Shown here: one piece after another, positions 11,057 through 20,000 of the stretch
Numbering within the stretch: the stretch's first letter is position 1
How the letters are laid out: the number at the start of each line of letters is the position of its first letter
Assembly: GCA_001687465.1 (NCBI GenBank)
Contig: LVLI01000325.1
Span: 108,542-128,541, forward strand
Direction: 5' to 3'
Length of the DNA stretch: 20,000 bases
Source: Halocafeteria seosinensis
Lineage: Eukaryota
Made by a program: the position numbers and the translations under genes
The notes under the pieces: generated by a model
What the model was told of the DNA's origin: nothing
The model's database searches: none
What the model saw: the letters and a program-made list of their open reading frames with translations, nothing else

Positions 11057-13917
11057 CTAATTCTCTTCGTTGGAGTTTTGAGGAATATAAACGAACCGGC
11101 CAGGGTCGTCAGTTTCATCTTCACCAGTGGTATACCCACCCGTTAAGTCCGCATGTTTGTCTCCTTCAGGAGTTATATCGCGAAGGATGGCATTTCGGTC
11201 GAGTTCGCTGGGATGTCGCTGAGGCGTCTTCTCATGCCGCCCTTCTGCTGCAGAACCTTTTGGGGGCGCATTCTCATCTGCAGCCCCGCTGTTCTCCTTG
11301 TCGTCTTCATTGTTCTCTTCGTAGATGGCAAAGGAGAGTTGTCTTGCTGGGTTACTATTCGCGGTCGCCTGAACAGCCTCACCACTTCCATGCTGGCTTA
11401 TGTTTACGCTTGCTGCAGGTGGAGGCCTGGCTCCACGCTGCTGGCTGTCAGAAAACAGTCGATGGTTATTTAGCGCCGTCGACACCAAAGTGTTGTTTGT
11501 TTCCGCAGCAATCGGTGACAGCCGAGGCGTCGGACGGTTTGCATAGTCTTGATGATTACCAGCGCTGGAAGTAGCTGTTACAGCGGCTGCTGAACGATCA
11601 TTTTGATCGTTGTAAATCAGGTCTGACACACACTGGCTTGCATTTGTCATTGCAGTATCCTCCTGTTCCAATGTCGCTACCAAACTTTGGATGCCTCCAG
11701 TTGTGGCAGTATCATCTTCTCTACCCTCGTAAATGGGTGGACGTTGGCCCATGGGCTTTCTCCCCTGCTGCTGCATTGACTGGCCCTGGGCACCTTTCCC
11801 GTACTGATCATTGTTGTTATTGGCCGCAGGCCTCGTTGCGAACTTTGCATTAGGCGAAGCAAATAAGTCGCTCAAGTCTTCCATTGCTAGTTTAGTATTG
11901 ATGGTGACATCTTCGGAATCAGCCTGTTCAATGTTGGTACAACCAACATCATCTTCTGCCTGCTCCCCAGAGACATTTCCACCTACTTCTCCTGCACGGC
12001 TGCCAACTCTGGAAAGTGCGTCTGGATTCTTCTGCAAGTAATAAAGCATTCGCACCTCCTCGAAACATAATGGGTACGAGTCGCTATGATCCGATTCCTC
12101 GCCATTTACTATGTCGCACGCTCTCTGATTAACAAGTCCAGCAGCCGCAGCACCATGGAGGCCAGTCTGTTGGCACATCTTTCCAGATAGAAGCGACGCA
12201 TCATAAGCAGGAACTGCTGTTGACTGTTTTGATGCCTTCTTGGTTTTCTTATATTCCGAGTGTTTGCTCGAACCCCTACCATCAAGAGCGGACAGATTGG
12301 TATCTTGAGCCGGCAAAGTTTCATTCAAATCTGCTCCATTATCCTCAAATATGCTGAAAGACAGTTGAGCGGGTTGAGCAGTAGCTTGCGGCGGTGCATT
12401 ACTGGGCAAGGACGCCGTGTCCCATCGAGACCGTTGCTGAGTATTTTCTTTCGTCCGCTCGTGAAGAGTACCCAGGGTGCTCCAGCTCCCTTGAACCGGT
12501 TCTCCTAACCCAGAGCGACTATTAGCACTACTTTCGTCGTCAACATAAACAGGAATCGAACTAGACGCTGCATCCGCGGAGCCAACCAGTGCCTCTGTGG
12601 AACCATTCTCGGCGCTCTGCTCCTCCTCTCTATCAATTTCAGCTCGGGATTCGTCGAGACTCTTAAGAGGCTTTCGTTTCCTTTCCCGGGAAGAATTCCG
12701 AGCAAAGCTAGTTTCCAAGTCATTCTGTCGCCGAGTTTCGGGTAAGCGAGCATTCTTTCGGGCGGCATCTGTCAGTGTGTCTAGATCCATGGCAGTCTCG
12801 GCAGCTTGCCGAGCAGATTCCTCACGAGGAATGGAAGAATCGTTCCGGGAAAATAAGTCTTCACCATTTGTATGCTTGATCCATAACTTCGTCATTCTTC
12901 TCATGAAATGTTGCTGTTTTTTCTGGAGTCTCTCCTTAGGTTTCGCGCCCCTGGAGGATAACAAGAGTCGTCTATCGCGTTTTTGTCCCGTAGAATGATC
13001 CTATTCGTATTTACCTTCCAATGCCTTGTTTATATATTTTATCCGCAAACGCGTAATTTCCTCGTTGCTCCGCCACGCTCGCCCATGCCATGTAAAAAAG
13101 GGCCAGATTTTCACCTGAATGGATCAAAAATCGTGGAAACTCTGAGGAACCGTCGACATCACATACACATCTTACCAAGTTTCTTCGAATAAAGATATTT
13201 GAAGACATCGGCGGGGTCTGAGTGCTTGTCAGCCTGTATTTACAAAGACTCGCGGTTAAAGCAGGGGACCAGTTTATCTGAGGCGTATACACGGAGGCAC
13301 TCACATAGAGTATCCATATGCGAAGATATGAGAGGCTGTTTTTGTATCTAGAATCATCCTCAAATTCTTGGGCACACCTCTCGTACAGCTCGAATAATTT
13401 GTCATCAGGGCCATCTGTTGGTAAGTTTTGCTCAGCCCATCGAATATACCTGTAGCCAAACGGGATTCGAGTTAGCATATGCGCTAACTTCCTTTTGTGA
13501 GACAGCTTACGCTAACCAATGCTTAAGAGGATCTGCATCTTCCTCGGGTATCCTACGAAGTTTCTGCTCGAAGTCCCTGTACCATAATCAATATATAAAG
13601 GTCATCGCCGTCCTACAGGCAGAAGTCAAACGAAGCAGGGTCAGGGACAGGATCCTCGATGGGAGCAGACACAAGCACCCCATCGATTGTATGCCTATGA
13701 CGGAGAGTTTAACATACCTCTCTTTTGCTTGTAATTGCTTTTCCCTATCTTCGCGATTGTTTCTCTCCATCAAAGTTTTGTTTAGTTTGTTCGGATCCCG
13801 TCCACGCGCGCGGGGTTGGACGTTCTCTTTGCTCTGCTCCCATGCCGGCGCCTCATTGTCAGGCGCTTGCTCAGCAGAGCTCCCATGTGTATGCGTGCCG
13901 CTTGTTTGGTTTTGCAT
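11057..13917 (-). CDS. MAD3: Spindle assembly checkpoint protein of the BUB1/BUBR1/MAD3 (MadBub) family, kinase-less, ~820 aa
   Basis: Six phase-consistent exons: 13917-13718, 13576-13511, 13449-13305, 13233-13176, 13114-13015, 12950-11057. KEN1 box WEQSKENVQPRARGR. Mad3/Bub1 TPR domain: DPLKHWLAYIRW..RYKN..YLRIWILYAD..LALFYMAWA..ADKIYKQGI..AKPKERL. Then ABBA-like IPVYVD, KEN2 (W..TKEN..RW), ABBA-like FSIFED, GLEBS-like CFEEVR, CD1-like DVTINTKLAMEDLSDLFASP, KARD-like LSPIAAE, ABBA-like FAIYEE and a further KEN. Confidence 0.9.
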
Positions 13918-14575
13918 TGTATGGACTCTGTACTAGCTCTGGTAACACTATATCGTCTTTAACGGCCGCCAAGGGGATCCGCTGTCGTTCGTGTTGGCTG
14001 GTCCGTATACAATGCCACAAAGATCAACGACTGAGCCGTTATTCAATACCAGCAATGTAGGGACTATGGGATCCTGAACGAAATCAACATTACATCAGTA
14101 TAACAATCTTCCCCCTGGGGCTGTGTTCTTGGAGATTTGCGCGCGCGTTTGTGAACTTCACAAGTTGAATCAAATTTGTTCTGCTCAATGAATCAATTGT
14201 ATGCAGTGTGCATAGACACTGTACCCATTTCTTTTGTGTGTGAAAAATTATCATGAACCATGATGATAAACTGCATGAACATCAGAACACGAATCATGAA
14301 AATGAAAGACATGTGTCTGGCAACTGTCACTTTCCAGATATTCCAGAACCTGGGTGCTGCTTTCGCTTTCGCAGGGGCGAGCAAGAGCAAGTGACGCCGC
14401 TTTACGTTTTGATTGGATTTTAGTATTCTCCACGCAGCGCAAAAACTAGAGCCATGACAGCGCAAAAAATTTTTGATTCATGTTGATTTTAGGCAATACT
14501 ACCAGCAGCTACCCAACAATGGCAAGCAAGCTCTAGTGAATAATGCCGCGCATCGACTCAAACGTAACATGAACA

Positions 14576-15928
14576 CTATCCCTTGAAAAATTCATACCTG
14601 AAATTCAACATCTTCGTAATTTCCTCGCAAAGGACAGTCCACTGCAAGCTGTCCTTTCCCGCATTCTTGTCCGGATGATAGTGGGAAATTGCTTTAATGA
14701 GTGTCTTCTTGATATTGTCAGAATCAAGCGGACCTAAGACGTGTGCGGACTCTTTCGGTGGATGCTTTTCGTAGACATACTTTAGTAGCGCATAAGCGGA
14801 CAGGTCGGCTGCCTTCAAAGCGTCAAGTTCGGGCTGCAATTCCTCCAGGATTGGTCCCCGCTCAGCCTCTCTACGCTGGTTATCTTCCCGTACAGCTTTC
14901 TCTTGGAAATATTGCTTGGCTCTTGTGACTTCTTGATACCAATGTAATCCTGATAGGTTACGTGGCTGGAGAGACTCTGCAAGGTGGAATGCCCGATCAA
15001 TATACACCTTGCACGGAGCTTCAGTTTTCAGTATGTCAAGGTAAACTATCCCAATCTTTGAATACGCAGTTGCCTCGCCTTCAACATCAAGCTCCCTCGT
15101 TAACAAGGCCGATTCCATGTACTTGTCAATTGCTCCCCAGATGGCATCCATATTCAATTCCTCGCTCCCATCGATTGCTTCCTCTATCAAGCAGTCGCCA
15201 ATGTATCTGGCTTGGATCGACTCACAAATAAACTGCTGTTGGATCGCACGTCTTTGCAATTCTTCCACTGTCTCTTGGAAATCTTCTTCTTTACACCACC
15301 GGGACGCTTGTCCCAACGGACGGTAGCACTCATGCACCAGGTTCATTGACTCTCTGAAGTCGCGCTCGAAGGCCTGTATTGCGGAATTGAAGCACTCTCG
15401 TGCAAGCACTTCATAGCAACAAGCAACTGCACGAAAATGCATAGATGCACAGGAATCAAAGCAACTGCATAATCTGTGGAGCAGTTTCAGTTTTTCCTTC
15501 ATCTCAAAATCCCGGAACGCTTCCGTGACTGTCTCGAGGAAAGTGCCAATCTGTTCCTTCAGCTGTGAGACCCAGTTTTCCGGTTTGACGTACTCACTCT
15601 TTTCAAGCGCTTGTAGTGCAGAATGTATTCCTTCCTTCAAATGGTAGAAGAATAGCTCCTTCTCTTTTTGAAACACTTCCGGGGATCCTAGAATGAGTTC
15701 CGCGTGAGACATTGAAGCTGCCCCGATATTCTTCAAGCAGGAAGCCATTTCTCCTGGTTGGTTTCTTGGGGTGCTGTTTTTCGCTTTCATATAATACTTG
15801 TTTGCTTCAGTCAATGCTGCCCGTTTGATGGCTGGCGCTAATCCAGGTTTCTTAGCACGCAAAAAGTGTTCATTTCCTTTGTTTCGCAGCTCGGAAACAA
15901 GGTTTCTTGTAGTTGAAGATGCTGACAT
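14576..15928 (-). CDS. TPR-like helical-repeat protein with C-terminal J-domain-like (HPD) region, 450 aa, single exon
   Basis: Uninterrupted ATG-to-stop ORF. TPR-like helices include ELRNKGNEHF, ANKYYMKA, ASCLKNIGAA, AIDKYMES and EATAYSKIGIVY. The C-terminus IKKTLIKAISHYHPDKN..EEITKMLNFRY matches the J-domain helix II-HPD-helix III pattern. Confidence 0.85.
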   Translation of the reverse strand: MSASSTTRNLVSELRNKGNEHFLRAKKPGLAPAIKRAALTEANKYYMKAKNSTPRNQPGEMASCLKNIGAASMSHAELILGSPEVFQKEKELFFYHLKEGIHSALQALEKSEYVKPENWVSQLKEQIGTFLETVTEAFRDFEMKEKLKLLHRLCSCFDSCASMHFRAVACCYEVLARECFNSAIQAFERDFRESMNLVHECYRPLGQASRWCKEEDFQETVEELQRRAIQQQFICESIQARYIGDCLIEEAIDGSEELNMDAIWGAIDKYMESALLTRELDVEGEATAYSKIGIVYLDILKTEAPCKVYIDRAFHLAESLQPRNLSGLHWYQEVTRAKQYFQEKAVREDNQRREAERGPILEELQPELDALKAADLSAYALLKYVYEKHPPKESAHVLGPLDSDNIKKTLIKAISHYHPDKNAGKDSLQWTVLCEEITKMLNFRYEFFKG

Positions 15929-16329
15929 ATTTTCTCAGGATACACTTGTACTTTGGTCTGTGCCGCACCTTGCCTCTGGGAGCTGAAAATATATATGTAA
16001 ACTCTGCCACTTATTCCGAAAGCACTTCGTGATGATAGAAGGCAAAATGTTAAGCAGTCACCGTATCAACTATAATGTTGTTCATACTATGCTGCTTCTT
16101 TGTTGGTGCGGTCAAGGTTGAAGCCGAGATTCACATCACGAGTCACCTTGTTCCAATCTCAGGATCTCGGCGCCCCGAGTCGGCGCCCTTAATCTTCCGT
16201 GACTCCGTCAATGATGAACACATACAGGCAACACTTACAATGTACCAGTCTTCCAGCTACCGGTATGGTCTAGTCTAAACACTGACATTGATGCGATCGC
16301 CACTACAGTTTTACAACTGTGTACCGGTA

Positions 16330-16343
16330 TGTGTGTGTGTGTG
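16330..16343. repeat. Short (TG)7 microsatellite
   Basis: tgtgtgtgtgtgtg read directly from the sequence, in intergenic DNA. Confidence 0.8.
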
Positions 16344-16826
16344 CAAACTCATAAAGTCTAGCTGCTCTTCGATTTTCTTTCTTACACCGCCGACCACACA
16401 AAGTGTAACACATTCTGTACGTAAGACTAGAGCCACTGTAGAACCATAATATGGTAAAGCTGAACTTTGAACAACGTGGTCCAGGGATGATTCGTGGTTT
16501 AATTCTTCGCGAAAATTCTCGAACAAAAACTTTGCACCGGACCCAGGAAGTTCACAGTGAAGCAGCAGATCCAGTCATCCTAGTCAAGTGAGCTATTGGA
16601 ACTACTGGTAAATTACCATTAGTAACGCCGATTTGACACCCACGATTCTAAAGTATCGGTAGATAATCAAGATGTAGTCCTGTGTAGAAACACGGTGTAT
16701 TTCGAACAGTGTGCTATGACTCTTAAGATACCTATTCTGGTCTCTAAGTCCAAATCTCCGTACCCTATCAGCAGCACCAGTAGGTGGTTTACAGGCACTG
16801 CGATCGAAGTTTGGACATGGCCTTAT

Positions 16827-17833
16827 TTACATCCATTTTGACGAGAATACAGACCAAAAACCAATAGCAAGGAGTGCAAGTAGGTTGCCGGCCAGCACAG
16901 AGGGGAGAGCTCCACAGGCTCCTTCTGAAGCGTATAAGAAGTAGAATTCAACAACTTCATGAACTCGTCGTTTCTATACAACTTACCTTTAACCGAAACG
17001 ACGCTATTTCCCGGAGGACTAGCTTCACACGTCTCCCCCAAGACGATGGCACCTTTTGGCTCGTCAGCATTGGCATACAAGCAACCGCCATCTCCGTCAG
17101 TGGATTCAACCGAGAACCAGTTGTCAGCAAGTGCGGTCACGGCACTGTGACCATTGAGCAATTTATTCATAATCAGATGCTTCGTAAGACGACGAGGCTC
17201 TTGTATACGCTGTACTTACCTAACAGAAAAGTCTGAGCATCCGTCAGTAATTCCAGGCTGATTTTCTGCGCAGAGCGTGGCTGTACCACTATCATCTCCA
17301 ACGTCAGACAGGTCCGCCGAGATGCACGTGTCTCCGTCTGTATGTACCCAAGATTTCCTGCATTAGAACCAACATGAATCATGATGAATGGGAACCCTTG
17401 TTTCACCTGCGGTCACATTCGTTGTTGTATGTACTGTACAATTAAGTATACCGGTACATTCCCTGTTCCTTTCCCCATTTGTGGCATACCCCAAAACCCT
17501 GACTACAAACCCTACAACCCATACCCTATATACCCTGTATGTCGCCTGTAGGCGCCAATTATGCGGCCTGAAGACCTCTCAGCCCACTCTTTTTCTGTTC
17601 TCTCAGCGTTTCCGCTATTTTTGCGCAGCCTCAGAACAATAGAACAATATTAAACCGACCCCAACATGGCCAGTTGGATAATATTCACCCACGGGATCCT
17701 TCTCAAGAGCAGCTGATGCTTAGGTTGTTTTTCAGATACCCATAATTTCTTACTTTAAGTCCTTGGGAAGCTTATCAGCGAATGCTGTGACCACAAGGGC
17801 AGAAAACACAATCAGAGAATTAAGCGTCCGCAT
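16827..17833 (-). CDS. Small secreted, probably GPI-anchored, Cys-containing protein of unknown family (166 aa)
   Basis: Exons 17833-17754, 17433-17407, 17357-17220, 17144-16987, 16924-16827 (501 nt, all GT-AG, phases consistent). Translation: MRTLNSLIVFSALVVTAFA/DKLPKDLNTYNNECDRRKSWVHTDGDTCISADLSDVGDDSGTATLCAENQPGITDGCSDFSVSAVTALADNWFSVESTDGDGGCLYANADEPKGAIVLGETCEASPPGNSVVSVKEGACGALPSVLAGNLLALLAIGFWSVFSSKWM*. It has a signal peptide ending in A-F-A and a hydrophobic C-terminal tail. The 27-nt exon 2 is the least certain part (weak GTGAAA donor; skipping it keeps the frame). Confidence 0.75.
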
Positions 17834-18304
17834 CGTGATGAGATGGATGAAGTACTCCTTTCCTTGACGAACAGAAGATATAAGCTACGTTTGAGTAATC
17901 AATCAGATTCTCGATCAGCGAATAAAATGATCTATTTTAACGATCCATTCGAAAACCTGGGGGGCGACGGATGTACCGCCGTACCGGTACATGTAAGGTC
18001 AAACTGGACTCCGTTTAACGGACACGCTACAGTAGGCTGTCCTGTCAGTAGCACGGTGACGCCACGGTTAGGCCAATTTTCGGGTTGGCACAAGTGGCGC
18101 ACTATTATTTTTTAATATACCATTCCATGGTGCTTGTGTATGATTCCACCGACATACATCATCGTATAGAGTCCTGTGCCGCCTCCAAAAGCCAACACGG
18201 GTAAGCTGTACTCTGGGTCAGCAGGAGCCCCTTGAGCCCCCCGGAAGAAAACTACACAAAGGCCCAAGGATTCAAATTCAAACGGGGAGAACACCGCACT
18301 GGAC

Positions 18305-19534
18305 TAGGGCTGTTGGGACCGGGAAAAAAACAGTTCCCCAGCTGGGGATGGGGAAGCCCCCCGGGACCATCCCCATTCCCCATGGGGAAGGTTTGGGGAA
18401 GAAACATCGAAGACTTAACATGTTTTATAAGAATAGAACGTATCCAATCCAAGTCGTGTGCGTACATGATTGAGAAGGGGTACTGGAAGATTGAGGAGCG
18501 CTAGGCGTTTGGGAACACACACACAAATGTGACAGATAGCCCACCGGCCGGGAAGTTGACCGCATCCTCGTTTGGGAATGGGGACGAAATGGTTGAGGAA
18601 GAGCACTGGCCGATTGAGAAGGGGGTGGAGAAGATTGAGAGGGAACTGAAACGTACCGGCAGCCTTGGAACTTCTGGTAGATTGGAAAGGCACACTGGGG
18701 CTTCTGGAAGATTGAGAAGTACTGGAAGGCTGAAAAAATACACTGGAACTTCTTGACGACTGGGGACTTAGAAGATTGAGATGGGACTCTGGAACACTAG
18801 AAGATTGAGAAGGGACCGGGGAACTTCTGAAAGATTGAAAGGGGGAATTTGACTTCTGGAATGGCGACAAGGAGCACTGTCCGATTGAGAAGGGGTAGGA
18901 GATACTTCCAGAGGAGCACTGGAGATTGAGGTGGTTGCTGGCTCTCCACAACCTTCAGGAGCTGCTTCGATGTCCACCGTCTCTGCATGTGGTGGCAGCT
19001 CATCCTCAAAATCAGACGACCTTCGAATGGCGGTAGCGAAGGAACTTGACAGAAATTGCCCTCCTCGTCCCAGGAAGCGGTGGCAGCCTGGCTGGTGGCC
19101 CACTGGCAGGGCTCCATTTTCGTCCGATTACGTCTAGTGTAACGTTCTAGTTGTCACGGAAACACACGGCATAAGTATGCTGACGTTTAGGTCAAATGTT
19201 ATTCCAGAGAGCACTAGTGTATGTACTTAATAGGCAATGAATAAGCAGCTTGATCCTTGAATATCAGATTTGAAATCTGCATGCGAACTTTAACGGCCAC
19301 TACTTTTGTCAGTATAGATAATGGTGTATTTGATCATATTTGAGCTCGTCGACCTCTATAATTATACAGTGCATATGCGCAATGACGTATTGCATGTCAA
19401 TACATTCATTATTGGAGTTTTATATTCTCCACTTTGGGGATCCCCATTCGGGATTTCTTCCCCGGGGGATTTGGGATGGGGAAGCCTTCCCCATCCCCAG
19501 TTGGGGAAGTGGGGACGCCATCCCAACAGCCCTA
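18305..19534. mobile_element. Non-autonomous TIR DNA transposon-like element (1230 bp; hAT-like TAGGG termini)
   Basis: Perfect 14-bp inverted termini: TAGGGCTGTTGGGA (18305-18318) and TCCCAACAGCCCTA (19521-19534). A subterminal inverted match of 22/23 bp (18334-18356 vs 19486-19508). Arrays of TCCCCA/TGGGGA motifs at both ends. No transposase ORF inside. The flanking 8-mers CACTGGAC and CATTGCTC match 5/8, so a TSD is unproven. Confidence 0.75.
18468..18932. repeat. Degenerate tandem repeat array (GAAGATTGAGA core, partly ~30-bp period) inside the TIR element
   Basis: GATTGA occurs at 18468, 18489, 18612, 18633, 18710, 18774, 18803, 18833, 18882 and 18924, with a variant GATTGG at 18680. 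Several spacings are 29-30 bp. The minus strand reads as PSQSSS/FQSSRSS-type peptides in changing frames. Confidence 0.7.
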
Positions 19535-19926
19535 CATTGCTCAGAGTCCAAGTTGTGAACACGAAATCTCGTTGCCGATGCAGTTCCATTGAGTCAAGGA
19601 ATTGATGGATTGCATGGGTCTCTACGAGGGTTTTAATTGATTATATCAACTTTTGCACTCAATATCCCAAATTTTCTGGCTTACTCAAGCTACATAACTG
19701 GGGCTTTCTGGAACGACCTCAAGGAAAAAGACGTTAAGACCCCGAACGTAGCGTATATGCAACAGATGCCCTCCATTCATAAACCCGGCCTTACGGAAGA
19801 TATTCGATATGCATACGGGGAGCCTTGAATGCGCTTTGGAGGACACTTACGGTACACTGTATGAGTGAGAGGTGCAATGAAGAATTGCGGAGGTAACTTC
19901 ACGTAGAAGTGCGCGCAACCTTTAAT

Positions 19927-20000
19927 ATGGCGTCGGCGCGGCGATTTTCGATCACGGACATCAGTGGATTACAAGTTAGCTATGACACTGAAAAGCGAGG
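19927..20000 (+). CDS. Possible start of a plus-strand gene continuing beyond the window
   Basis: ATG in an AATATGG context, open to the window end (MASARRFSITDISGLQVSYDTEKR). Too short to identify or confirm. Confidence 0.2.
   Translation, partial: MASARRFSITDISGLQVSYDTEKR

Noticed and set aside
16075..16526. Short ORFs between the TPR-J gene and the GPI-protein gene
   Set aside because: No coherent splice model or motif was found, and one ORF runs through a microsatellite.
4543..17753. Introner-like (repeated) introns
   Set aside because: Introns are similar in length but show no mutual sequence similarity beyond the splice signals.
18468..18932. CRISPR-like interpretation of the recurring GAAGATTGAGA motif
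   Set aside because: The repeats are short and degenerate, the intervening sequences are related to each other, spacing is irregular, no cas genes are present and the context is eukaryotic.
19623..19660. TACGAGGG, resembling a mariner-type terminus
   Set aside because: No matching inverted end or transposase is visible in the window, and an 8-mer alone is insufficient.

Overview
Eukaryotic genomic DNA, probably from a compact protist-type genome (short GT-AG introns, mostly 61-81 nt). Five protein-coding genes can be assembled by hand, all on the minus strand: (1) a very large secreted or surface protein with signal peptide, C-type lectin, Cys-rich repeats, about 10 cadherin repeats and an IPT/TIG-like domain, which runs off the left edge and whose main exon is absent from the ORF track; (2) a 9-exon mitochondrial-type NAD(P) transhydrogenase (NNT); (3) a BUB1/BUBR1/MAD3 (MadBub) spindle-checkpoint gene with a nearly full motif set but no kinase domain; (4) an intronless TPR-like helical protein with a C-terminal J-domain (HPD); (5) a 5-exon, 166-aa Cys-containing protein with signal peptide and GPI-like tail, also missed by the ORF track. 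The right end holds a 1.23-kb non-autonomous DNA transposon-like element (14-bp perfect TIRs, TAGGG ends) carrying decayed Ser/Pro-rich repeats. All gene models and domain calls come from manual reading; no database searches were run.
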